Source: Octopus vulgaris
Taxonomy: Eukaryota
Direction of reading: 5' to 3'
Assembly (NCBI GenBank): GCA_951406725.2
Contig: OX597817.1
Coordinates: forward strand, 107,818,001-107,882,000
DNA: 64,000 nt
In this document: positions 12,265 through 25,615 of the stretch, piece after piece
How positions within the stretch are numbered: position 1 is the stretch's first letter
Layout: each line of letters starts with the position of its first letter
Notes under the pieces: generated by a model
What the model was told of the DNA's origin: nothing
Databases searched by the model: none
What the model saw: the letters and a program-made list of their open reading frames with translations, nothing else
Program-made: the position numbers and the translations under genes

Positions 12265-13978
12265 CTTTTCCCACTGTTTCTGTCTTTCCTTCCCAATATT
12301 TCCATGTTCCTCTTTGTCATTCATCAGAATACAACCTAGTTGTAGTTCAGTCTTATTGATTTAGATGTAACATTATGTCTATAGTCTCAGCAGGTCACTT
12401 AGAACATTGTAGTCTATAAGGTAAGTCCATAGGAAAATGTATAGAGCAGTGCTTATGCAACATTCACTTTCTTGTAGTTTATTCTAGACTTTCCTGTAAT
12501 CACTCCTTTCTAATTAAAAAAAACAATAAATGATCCTAATATGCACATGTGTGCATGTATTCTTGAAGACATACAAGGACTGCGTATACATATGTATGAT
12601 TGTGTGTATATGTGTGTGTGTATATATGTGTGTGTATATGTATATACATATATATAGATAGATTGTGTGTGTACTGTTAAATAATGCACAAAGCCTATGT
12701 ATGTAACAACAAAGAAATATACAAGGTTTTATGTACACACAAAAAGAGCTCATCATATATATATAAAAGTAAATATATATAAAAGCAACTGTTGACATCC
12801 GTATAATATACACATATTTGTATATAATGAACTGGACATTCTTCTCTGTTAACCATATGAACTTTCTCTCCCTCTTTGTCTAGCTATCTTCCTCTTTCTC
12901 CTTCACCCTCTCTCTCTTTCTACCACCCCATTCTTTCTTTCTCTCTGTCTCTTTTTCAAATTATATTATCAGAAATATATATGAATAATCTAGATTTATA
13001 AATTATACTAGATCTTAATTAATTATCCAGGTACAGAAATTTCAATTGAATTTTCTTTAATAGAGAGTACTAGAGCAAAAATGAATTGAGCACTTTTTTA
13101 AATGATATTAGAATTTGAATTCTTGCTGAAATTTAAAACAAAAGCATAAAAGAGAAGCATTTTATCAATTTCCTATTAAAATTTAAATTTTACTATTGAA
13201 ATTCATGTTTGAATTTCATTAAAAACTTTGAATTTTCATTGTTTCAGTCAAATTTCGGTGTAGTGAAAAACATCTTCATTTTCTAAAATGAATATTTTGA
13301 AGTAAAAAGAAACAAAACAATAAAAATAATATGTAGAGAAGAATTTAAAGAAGAAAAAGGTGAGAGGAGACTTAAGATAAGATTCCTGTCTCTACATCAG
13401 CTCAATATGAAAACCTCCAGCAGTTTGGTCTGAAAAAGGTTAGACACTTTAAGATAGACTAAGCAATGGAAGTTTTTTGTTAATTTTCATAATTTTACAT
13501 TATATTGATAACCATTGATATCTTTATGAATTTTCAGCTCGATCTCTGAATATCTGAAGAGAGAGAGAGAGAAAAAACAAAACAAAATCTATTTGAAACC
13601 AAAGTTAACCAATGTGTAGGTAGATGAGAGGCAAATTTAATTCATTTAGCTGGGATCATTTAACTCATAATGCCATAAGTATCTAGCTTTAATATCAGCA
13701 CTTGTTCAATTTCACATCCTTCTTATTTCTTATGATTATCATTCTTATTCTTCTTATTATTATTGAGGTTGGCAGAAAGGTTAAAGTGTCAGGCAAATAC
13801 ATGGTGATATTTGTTCCTGCTCTTTGCATTCTGAGTTAAAATCCCACTGAAGTCAAAATTTGCCTTTCATTTTTCTTGAATTGATAAAAATTAAGCACCA
13901 GTGAAGAAGTGCAGTTGGTCTAATTGACTGTTCCCCCTCCATAAAAATTTTGTGGTACTGTGCCTGTGTTACAAACCA

Positions 13979-14009
<31 letters not shown>

Positions 14010-14913
14010 CTTAATTTTATTTATCTATTCATAATATATTTTAGTGATCATAAACCAAAATAGCAAATTGGAAGTAAAGAAAGTATGAAGGAAAATGAAA
14101 ATAATATTTAGTCAAATAAAAACAGAGAAAGTAGATGGCATTGTCTTGTTTGTATTATATTATAACAGTATTATATTATTATTTCACTGTATCATAAATC
14201 ACAGTATCTATGTAATATAGTCTGTGGAAGGAAAATATATGTATGCATTAGATTGATCCAAGCCTTGTGAGTGAAATTGATTAGACAGAAATGAATGGAA
14301 GCTTGTTGATTGGATTATGTCTTGTTCAATCTTGTCATACATTCTGTCACACTATTTTGACTTGAAAAATAATTTAAAGGTAGACATGTCTGTGGAATTT
14401 TCATCCACTTAATTCAATAATTAGGTAGCTGAGCAGATGGAACAACTGAATCCTCATCATCTAATCCTCCCAAGGGTACATATATGCTTGTGCACATATG
14501 TACATATGTTTCTTTGTGTGACAATACGCACATATACACATGTACGTATATGTGTGTTTGTATAATAAACTCTCTCATATATGTCTAAATACGTGTGTGT
14601 GTGTGTGTGAATATATACTGTAAACTCGAGAATGTATATACAACCAAATTGCAAATGAAAACTATGTGTATGTATGTAAAAGTGCATTACTATAATTTCT
14701 GTATCTACTTTAATTGTCATATGTGTGGGAATATATAGCAAAGGATGGGTATATATATTGAACAATGATCAGGTTCCACCATCAAAAAGTGCAGTGTAAA
14801 AGCTTTAACAAAACTCTGAAGTTTTATGGAATTGTTATTTAAAGTCTATTTTTACTCTATTCAAAATCTATTTTGCCATTTTGCTTCTTTTTCTTTTTAT
14901 CTTCTTTTATGAA

Positions 14914-15520
14914 ACTGTCTCGCAGAACATCAAACTGCTTCACAGAATATCTGTCTCACAAAACATCAAACTGCTTCATAGAATGTCTGTTTTATCTTAC
15001 AGAACATCTATCTGTCCATTAGAATATATGTCTTGTCTCATAGAACATCAAACTGCTTCACAGAATGTATTTCTTATTTATAGAGCATTTGTTTGTTACA
15101 TAGAACATCTGTCCATTAGAACAACTGTGTCTCACAGAAGATTAAACTGCTTCACATAATCTATGTCTTACAAAGTATCTTTCTGAAACCTTGGAGAACA
15201 TTTTCTGTCTCATAGAATACTTCTCTGTCTAACAGAACATCTGTTTGTCCATAAGAATATCTGCCTGTCTTATAGAATATTTTGTCTGCTTTACAAAGCA
15301 TCTGTGTGTTTCACAGAACATCTGGTTGTCTCACAGGACACATCTGTCTTGCAGAACATGTCAGTCTTGCAGAACAAATCTGTTTTGTGGAAGATATCTG
15401 TCTTACAGAACATATCTTTTTTTGCATAACTTGTCTGTTTGTCCTACAGAATATCTGCCTGTCTCACATAACATAGCTGCTTCACAAAACATCTGTCTAC
15501 CTAACAAAATATCAAAATTA
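14914..15520. repeat. degenerate minisatellite (ctgtctcacagaacat-like unit)
   Basis: many variants of TGTCT(C/T)ACAGAA(C/T)ATC spaced roughly 14-20 bp apart. Confidence 0.8.
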
Positions 15521-16129
15521 TTTCAAAATATTTTTGTCTCACATTCTTTTTTTTTTTCACATTGGACAAATTCTTTTGTTTATTTTTTATTTGGAAACAC
15601 ACACATACACTCACATACACACACAGGCTTTCTCTAGAAAAAAAGTAAAAAATAAGAAGGTCACCATCTTATTCTAAATCTTACACACACTCCAGGGTAC
15701 AATTAATGTGTATGGTATGCACTAAACAATACAATTGTATATTCACAAATCAATGTAAATAAAGAGAGCTTGCTTATCAGATTACTAGAACATGATGGTT
15801 ACCAACAACGTATACATACAAAATTTTCTTATTATATATATATATATATAATGTATGAAAGCCCAAAATTAGCCTGGTTTGTCAGTTAAGGTGCTAGATA
15901 GCAGTTTAGGGACTTGACTACCCTTTGTGTTAGCAAAAAAAAAATACACAGAAAGGGTTAATAAGAGGAAGTAAAGTACTTAAAGTAAGTATTAAAAAAA
16001 TAGATTAAAAAAAGTATATAAAATTATATGTAAAGAAAAATATACACACACACACATGCTCATATGCATTTTATATTTATAAAATACAATATAATACATT
16101 ATAAATGATTGTTATATTATGTGTGTGTT

Positions 16130-16165
<36 letters not shown>

Positions 16166-16395
16166 GGTATGTATACATATTTTTTCTTTATAATTTATAT
16201 ACTTTTTTAAGCTATTTACTCTTTTTTTACAACTTCCTCTTTTTATCCATTTCTGTTTTGTTATTAACACAAAGGGTGGTCAACTCCTTGATCTTCTATT
16301 GAGCATCTTAATTGACATGAAAAATCATGACTTTATTTTTACTGACTAAAGTAAGTTAAGTTCGGGCTTCCATACATTATACATACATACATACA

Positions 16396-16430
<35 letters not shown>

Positions 16431-17138
16431 GTATATATATATATATGAAGAGAAAATTTTGTATGTATATTTAGAGTTGAATCACTGGTGTAACCATAAT
16501 GTTCTGGTGATCTGATGAGGTAGCTTTCTTATCACCATTGATTTGTGAATATACCCTTGTATAATGCATTGCGTGCATATTAATATAAATATGTAAATAT
16601 AATTTTATCCCACACTGAAATTACTACTATAGGAAGAAGGCTGTGAAACAGCTGTAATCTTAAGGATGTCAAGTGGTTAATAATATTCATCTGTCATACC
16701 TCCTCTGTGTGTGTGTATACATACATACACACATACATATATATATATAATATATATATATATATATAGGTACAGTCTTGGCTGTGTGGTTAAGAAGTTT
16801 ACTTCAGAACCACAAGATTCAGGGTACAACCCCACTGTGGAGTATCCTGGACAAGTATCTTCCCATTATAGTTTTGGATTGACCAAATACCATGCGAGTG
16901 AACTGGTAATTCTTCAGAAGCATCTTACATGTGTGTGTGTGTATTTATACATGTGTGTCTATGGCTGTTTTTAACGTTTATGGTCTCAAAACCACTGGTT
17001 ATGTTTGTATCATTACTTGTTCTATAATGTAGTTGTTCAGCAAATAGAGATTAATAAAAAACAAGTACTGAGATTAGTATAACCAACTAAAGACTTGAAG
17101 GTAGTGTTTCAGCATAGCTGTAGTGTAATTATTGGAAA

Positions 17139-17209
<71 letters not shown>

Positions 17210-17395
17210 GTAATAGTAATAATAATAATCCATGGATGGAATTTATAAATATTTTGAAATATTAAAATATTTATAAATTCCCTCCATGCAAGTTGGTATC
17301 ATTAGGCCAACATAATGAAATAGGAGCATTTATATGTACACTCACAAACGTTTCCTGTAGACGAACATAAAAGATATATATGTGTGTGTGTGTAT

Positions 17396-17472
<77 letters not shown>

Positions 17473-18833
17473 ATACATACACTACTCCATAGCTAGTTGT
17501 CTTGTACTATCAGTGTATTTATAAAATGTAAGGATAGTGACTAACAGATGCGTTAAAGGTACTGGATAAGATACTTTACTTTGCAGTATAAAGTTTCACC
17601 CCTCTGTGTTCTGAGTTCAAGTCCTATAAGAGTTGAATTCACTTGTCATCCTTTCAAGGTGGATAAAAGAATTATTTGTAATGTACTGGAGGTGGGAGAG
17701 GGTTTATTTAATCACTTATATTTCCTATTAAAGCTGGTTTTCTCCCAGATTATTTAACCAATATATTAGCAGTGTTTAATGGATTGACTGGGGTGTATGA
17801 GAGAAAATGAATATTTAAGGTATAAAATGTTATGGGAAATTGCTATGACAGGTGACTAAATGTTAAAAACCTTTTCTGTTATTTATTACCAACTTACTGC
17901 CAATAGTCCATTCTCACTGTTGATACTCCTCTGTGCTTCCATACTTTAACTTAACAGTATTTTTCTGATGTTCTTTATTATGTCCCTTACTTCCTCTCAC
18001 CTTCTCTCATTTATGTTTTTAACCGTTCCTCTTTTTTTTTCTGTACATACATGCACAAACAAGCAGGCATCTATTTTAGATACATATCTATATATGTATA
18101 CACATGCACACAAATACATACATACATATCTGGACTCATTCTTTTCATGACAATGACTGATATCTCAGAAAGAAATTCCACAGATATAAAACATTATTAC
18201 TAAAGCTAAGTATTAAGTAATACTTCTTTGTATTTTCCCATCTTATCCTTGAACTTTACTCCAAAGACCAGACAATGTCTAATCCAAGAATGTCATCAAG
18301 TTTATGAGTTTCAACTTCAGATTTCATAATCCTATAACTAGTCTCAGAATTACATGTATTCTGTATCACAATTAAAGAAAAAGAAAGAGAGAAAGAAAAA
18401 CAGAAAAAATGCAATAATTTTTGGATTATCTATGTAAACTAAAATTCCTTTCTGATAATGAGAATGGAATTTAGAGAGAAACGGATAATATCAAGCAATA
18501 AAATTTAATTTTAATTTGCTGTATGCTAGTATATGCATCATACAAAAGAATAATTACTCAATAGGATAAATGTATTTTGTCTGTGTTTCTCAGGCTTAGA
18601 ATATCTTTATAGGTTTCTTTTAGTGGTCTTTTATCATTCAACAATTATATTGAAGTCTTCTAGCATTTCTTGATGGCACACAAATATATTTACACATGTT
18701 CATGAGTCATATTTACCAAACACACACACATATAAACAAATATATATATATATGTGCATGCATATGCACACACACACACTCATATATGTACTTAGATAGA
18801 TATATGTATATATTATATTTACACATTCATATA

Positions 18834-18864
<31 letters not shown>

Positions 18865-21600
18865 TCGGAAGTGTATGTTGATATAGCCATAACTTTAACT
18901 GACGGCAAAAATTAAGATGCTTATGGTGTGATATGTACACACACATACACACACACATCATCGTCATCATCATTCCTCAACCAAATATCTTGAAACATGA
19001 AAAACTTGACAGATTTTCTTGTGATATTGGTCTTTGTGGTGTATGTGTTGTATGGGGTGGACTACTAGGCCAATACCCAACCTTTTTTCTGAGAGAAAGA
19101 GACATCGTGCCCTCATACCTACAATGCAGCACTGTAAGCCAACAACAACATCGCTCAGCAATTGCACACTGCAGATGCTGCTGCTGTTGTTTATGGCAAG
19201 AATCATTTCTTGGACATGTACACCCTACAGTGCTGGTCACAAAATACAGATCCTCAAAGTCCTTCCCTACATGTCCAGTATCCATGCTCTCCCTTTCTTG
19301 CTCCATGTCTTTCTCATTTCTCTCCCTATGTATTTGTGTATATATATATATATATATAAATACACACACACACATTCATATATCTATAATATCAAACAAT
19401 GAGAATGAGTGCTCAACACCACATTGGTGGATAAAAACTATATATGCATTAAGGCTACCATTAGTTTCATGTTAAGTGAAATCTCTTTACAATTATCAAG
19501 TCTGCCACATTGATCATCGGTGTTCGTCTCCATCCAAGATATTCCATGTGACAGGCTAGAAGACTGTTATGGGATTCCTTTTAACATGTAACCAATGGCA
19601 GCTTTAACCCATAAATAAAGAATATATGCACCTGTACATATATGTATGTATATTTGCACACCTCAGTTGTTGCCACCAGTTATGGTTATAATTCAAGACC
19701 TGTACAATATTTGAACTATTTGCACATTCATGAAACAAAGAGTTTTTTGAGTAATAATTACATTACTTACTAAATCACAGCTCTCTATAACTTTTATCCT
19801 TGAATTATATTCGATAATTAACAACATTATTGTTAAAAAAAACAAAAGAAAGAAAACAAGCCATTTTCAATTCTTTTCTTGCTCTTTCCTCAATATTTTC
19901 AGAATTGTTTGTTTTTAATTTTGTATTTTTAAATTTTTTTTTTTTATTTTACTTTATCTTAGTCCTTTATCATCTTATAATCCATTTTAAAATCTATTAT
20001 GATCTGTTTAGAAAATCAGTTTCATCTTAGCTTTAGACCGTTTCACTAACGAAGTCTTAGACTCTCAGACATAAACTACATAATTATAATCACAGTTATC
20101 TTTCCATGCTTATTTGTAGAGCTAGAACTCTGAAAATGTTTGAAGCAGTTTTCCTTCATAAACAATATAGCGAAATCTTTTTTATTTATCTATTATTATT
20201 GTTATTGTTATAATTATTATTATTATTATTATTATTTTGGCCTGATAATAGCAAAATATTGAACTATTTTTTCAATGTTGCTATTGTTTTAAAAAATTTT
20301 GAAATCATAATCAGTATTCGTAGTAGTAGTTGTAGTGGTAGCAGTAGTAGTATATTTTTTAATACTTTTGAAAGTATTTGGCCAATATGTTTTTGGTTCT
20401 AGGAATGAGTGCGTAAAATGTATATAGATGGATGTGTGTATGATATGAATGTATGTGACAGTATGCAGATGTGTATGTTAAGGAAAACAACAGCGACCTT
20501 CATCCGGTTGTGTCTTACTGCTGCACTATTCAGAATTTACCTTGTAAATGTGACATTCAATTTCCATATGTTGCAAACAACAGATATGAAATATATTTCT
20601 TAAGTCTATTTTTTTTTAAGGAATAAGTTATAAAATATAAAGAAAGAAAAACAAACAAACAAGCAAAAGAATTTACCCTAAAAAAAATAATACCAAACTG
20701 ATTACTAATTTACAGTGATATCGTAATATCTTGAGAGAACCTTATGGACAATTTAAGTTTCACTTTGACATCTGGTTCCATCAAAGCTAGGATTAGATCC
20801 TGTTACCATTTACATCTTATATTCTTGTAAATTTTGTTGTTTGGTTGTTTGTTTTTTATTTCTCTTTTTTCTTCTGTGCATTCACTTGGATCTTTTTTTT
20901 TTTTATATTCTTATTAAGCAAAAAAGGAAAAAAATAATATAAATATAAAGCTCTGTTGAGAATTGAAAAAAAAATGTGCTGGTATTATTCTTGACAGGTG
21001 CTTTGGTTCAAGCTGAGTTTGCAAGCTGCTTCACTTATGTTTGCTAATGTTCTTGGGAAAGACATGAATGTCACAAAAAAAGAAACTAAAATCCTGTTTA
21101 CCCTTCCCCTATAAACCCCAAGGCTTTATGCCTATGTTAGAAACTATTTTCAAGCTTATACACAGTTGTTGATAATTTTTTTTACTACCTCTGAAGAGGC
21201 AGGAGTGAATGCATTAGCTGTTATGGCTAGTGCTTTGGTTGCTAGATCTGGCAATTGAAAATTGCGAAAAAAAACAAAAAAATGAAAAAAAAAATTGAAT
21301 GAACAAGTTAATAATGGCAGAGTTTTGTTGTTGTTATTACTATTATTATTCTAGTTTACTATTACTATATTAGTTTTTTATTATTATTATTATTATTATT
21401 ACTATTATTATTATTATTATTATTGACCTTTTAACTGGAATAGCTTAAATGTCTCTGTTGATGCATTTATTTTGCAGTTCTATTTTGCTGCATGACATCT
21501 GGGATTTAAAGAAAAAAAAAATTATTTATTATTTTTTGTTTGTTTTTTTTCTTTTCTTTTTTTTTTTTCGTTGACTTTAGGATTTGATGTTCTTTAATAC

Positions 21601-22005
21601 ATCATTGAATTAATGGTCCAATATTCTATAGCAGATCATTGAATTAATAAGAGTATCATTCACGTAGTGATTCAATGACCTCTAATGTACCGTTAATGCA
21701 GTCATTGGTGTATAAATGTTCTTTCTAGTGTATCATTGAATCAGGGAGTCAAATGTACTGTAGTTGTATCATCAGCTCAGGGTTGGTGGGGGGTGCAATG
21801 TCCCATTGAACCTGTAATTCAATGTTCGCTCTGTTAAAAATTACATCAACGATTCAATGGTTTCTATTGAATCACTGAATCAGTGATCTGAATTATTGTC
21901 TAGTGCATCAAGGACCTGTGGTTCCCTAATGTATCAGTAAATATCTCTGAGCTGAGTTCCCTCAGTGCATTAGTGTAGCAGTGATCTGATGCCATCTAGT
22001 GCATG
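21601..22005. repeat. degenerate ~34-bp tandem repeat with internal dyad
   Basis: recurring atcattgaatcagtg(g)ttcaatgttctctagtgt-like units. Confidence 0.6.
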
Positions 22006-22135
22006 TTACATTCTGGACATTATATAAGTTGAGGTTAAACTGTATAGTTAAGTATGTTCAACTCACTTTGCTAGGGAATACTTTTGTACATGTCTTGCAA
22101 ATTGATGCCCTTCTCAGATGGAGCTGAATAATAAT

Positions 22136-22200
22136 AATAAAGAATTCTATTGACTTCATGTCTTTTTTGTCTTTTCTCTTTTTCTCATTTTTTTCTTTTG
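22136..22200 (+). promoter_or_regulatory. candidate polyadenylation signal of the SLC4 gene
   Basis: AATAAA at 22136-22141, CA ~16 nt downstream, then a U/GU-rich element (tgtcttttttgtcttttctc); TE density rises just after it. Confidence 0.45.
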
Positions 22201-22387
22201 CTTTCTTCAGTAATTCATATACATGCACAAATTATATATTATTTAAATTCTTTTCTTTTTATACCACATAGACACTGTGGGAAAGGGCATGCTTATAACT
22301 GTATTCTAAGGTCTTTGATTGGAAGAGGTCATCCTTGATGCAGAGACCTGACATGAATGCTTACCTTTATATATATATGTGTGTGTG

Positions 22388-22730
22388 CGAAGGCACATGA
22401 CTCAGTGCTTAGAGCATTGGGCTCACAATCATAAGGTAGTAAGTTCAGTTCTCAAACCAGGCTGTGTGTTTTCTTCTTGAGCAAGACACTTTATTTCATG
22501 TTGCTCCAGTTCACTCGGCTTTTGAAATGAGTTGCGATATCACTGGTGCCAAACTGTATTGTTCTTTGGCTTTCCCTTGGATAACATTGGTAGTATGGAG
22601 AGGAGAATTTGGTATGCATGGATGGCTGCTAGTCTTCCATACACAACCTTGCCCAGACATGCCTCAGTGGGGAACTTTCTAGGTGCAATCCCATGGTCAT
22701 TCATGACTGAAGGGGGTCTTTACCCTTTGT
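22388..22730 (+). mobile_element. tRNA-derived SINE (another family)
   Basis: A/B-box-like head (gactcagtgcttagagc...gttcagttctc) followed by cttgagcaagacactttatt. Confidence 0.6.
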
Positions 22731-22755
22731 GTGTGTGTGTGTATATATATATAAT

Positions 22756-23130
22756 AGGCACAGGCGTGTGTATGGTACAAAGTTTACTTCTTAACCTCAT
22801 GGTTCTGAGTTCAGTCCCACTCTGTTGCACCTTCAGTCAACCAATGCCTTGTGAGTTGATTCTGTAGATGGAAACTGAAAAGAAGCATATTGTATATATA
22901 TTTATGTATGTATGTGTGTGTCTTTGTGTTTGTCCCTCACCACTGCTTGACAACTGGCCTTAGTTTATTTATGTCCCCGTAACTTAGTAGTTTGGCCGAA
23001 GACACTGATAGAATAAGTATCAGGTTTTAAAAAACAAGTACTGAGGTCGATTCATTTGACTAAAACCTTTCAAGCCAGTGATCTAGTATGGTGACAGTCC
23101 AATGGTTGAAACAAGTAAAAGGTAGAAAAC
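22756..23130 (+). mobile_element. SINE family A (CpG-decayed)
   Basis: head, central TA/TG microsatellite and tail (gaaacaagtaaaag) present. Confidence 0.75.
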
Positions 23131-23602
23131 ACACACACATATATGTGTGTATTTAATCTTTTGTGTATTGTAAAAGTATAACCAGCTTATTGCATATAAA
23201 TTTTAACAATACAATCATATATGGACCCTGTTTGAGAGCCACTGATCTACTTTTTCATTTTTAGTTTGTTATGCCATGTGGGCAGTGTCTGATGTTTGTG
23301 CTCAGACACCAAACTTGCTGTAAAACAATGTTTGACATGGTCTCAGCACATGAAACTTAAAGTAGTATGTAAAAACATATTGTGTTTATTAAATAATATA
23401 AATAAATATATATATATTTATATGTGTGTGTGTGTTTGTGTAAATGTATGTATATATGTATTATGCATATATCCATACATATATATCTGTATGTATATAT
23501 ATATATATATATGGGGTGGATGTATGTATATGTACTCATATGGTGGCTATCTTTCCTGATGCCCTAAAACAACAATACAAGCTGTATCAATGAAGTGTAG
23601 AT

Positions 23603-24035
23603 CAGTGGTTATCAACCAGGGTCCATATAAGATTGTGTTGTTAAAATTTATGTGCAACAGACTGGTAATATTTTTACAATACACAAAATATTATAACAAT
23701 TTTTTTCATAGAATTCCTAACAATATTTAATTACAAAAATATAATAGGATTTATTTTTAACTCTTTAGCATTCACATTATTCTGTCTAATGTAATGCATT
23801 CTGCCTATGCATTATATCATAGGTTTGAGATTTTGAATAGGTAACTGTTAAGTTTTAAGAATGATGTGGGAGAAATTAAATGTGGTCAGTATGAACATAA
23901 AACAAGTAGAATATTATGGCCAAACATGGCTGGTTGAAATGCTGAAGAGTTAAACATCGAATGGCTATGTGGGTCTAACTGGAGTAAAATATGAATGAAT
24001 GGTGTCCATGGGTAGTAAATGGTTGAGAACCACTG
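23603..24035. mobile_element. hAT (Charlie-like) MITE with nested piggyBac-like MITE (23757-23953)
   Basis: TIRs cagtggttatcaacc / ggttgagaaccactg; 8-bp TSD gtgtagat/gtttagat; inner element flanked by TTAA. Confidence 0.75.
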
Positions 24036-24145
24036 GTTTAGATCAACATATACTTGTTTTCCAAAAGGACATTGAAAAAAGACAATGCAAGAGTGTAAAC
24101 AAAAGAAGGCCAACAACCAGACTTTTGCCTGGTGCTATAATGACT

Positions 24146-24372
24146 TTAACCCTTTAGCAATCAGTTTACTCTGTCAGAATGTAATTCTTATTCATTCACA
24201 TTGTTTTGAATTAATCATGCATTATCTTGTAGCTATGAGATTTTGATGAGGCAACTGTTAATATTTTAGAATGACATTGTAGGGTAGGTATGAGAAACCA
24301 GATCTGACCAGTTTGGATATAAAGCAAGTAGAGTATTTTGGCCAGATATGGCTGGTTTAAATCCTAAAAGGT
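24146..24372 (+). mobile_element. piggyBac-like MITE
   Basis: ttaaccctttagca start; same family as 788 and 23757. Confidence 0.65.
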
Positions 24373-25023
24373 GGATTTGAAGAAAGTACTTAGTATATTA
24401 CTAAACCATATTGCAGTACCCTGACATCATGGGATAATCTAATTTGATGACTGATGTTCCAAATACCAACTATGTTCCTGCCATTATCTAAACCAATACA
24501 ACCAACACCACTACCAATCCACCAAATTTTGAATTAGCAGTGGTGCCCCAGCATGGCTGCAGCTCTTGAGCTGAAACTAGTAAAGAAAAAAAAAACCAGC
24601 TGGAAACAATAGTCATTATGGTAGCAATGTCTGTTGGTACATATGTTGTATGTTAGCACAATGTTGCGTATATGTGTGATTAGGTATAGTGTGATTTTTA
24701 TGCCCCAAGTTTGAGGCACAAGGGGTGTATTATATATGAACTTGATAACCCTTAAATTAGCTGTAATTCTTTCTGCCTCACTTCATCTTCATATTATTTC
24801 TGGCATTACATCCATTGGAATAAGACAACCATTTTTTGATCTCACGAATCACTTTTTCTATGGTACTATTTTTTATACTACCTATTTGTTTTGAATGATT
24901 TTGTTGATCTTCGCCACTGCTGGATTTACCTACAAGTGGAATGGAGGGTTATAGTGCAAAAAGGAACCATAAAAGGATTCCGTTGGATATTTAACTTGAT
25001 ATTTTAAAAAAGGTTTGATGTGA

Positions 25024-25615
25024 GTCGACCTCGGCAGAATTTGAAATCAGGACAGGAAGACAGCGCCGGCATGCTAACGATTCAAATAATTTAAAGTTGG
25101 TAGTTGTTCCCCTTGAATCATAAAGTTGTCTCCCTTAGATGCCCAATTTTTATTTTGTCTTTATGGATGCAATTTTAATTTGTTAATTTTTTGGCTGATT
25201 ATATCGATTAGTTTTTATTTTTTTCATTACTAAAACCCTTTATATTTTTGGTCTTCATTGACCTGACAACACCCAAATTTTTAGTCAGGATATCTATCCG
25301 TCGGTCTGCGAAAGGATGAAAGGCGAAGTCGACCTCGGCAGAATTTGAAACCAGGACAGGAGGACAGCGCCGGCATGCTACCGATTCAAATAATATAAAG
25401 TTGGTAGTTGTTCCCCTTGAATCATAAAGTTGTTTCCCTTAGATGCCCAATTTTTATTTTGTCCTCCTTATGGATGCAATTTTAATTTGTTAATTTTTTG
25501 GCTGACTATATCGATTAGTTTTTATTTTTTTCATTACTAAAACTCTTTATATTTTTGGTCTTCATTGACCTGACAACACCCAAATTTTTAGTCAGGATAT
25601 CTATCCGTCGGTCTG
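25024..25615. repeat. ~300-bp tandem duplication
   Basis: 25024-25308 is nearly identical to 25328-25615; each begins in a SINE B fragment. Confidence 0.9.
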
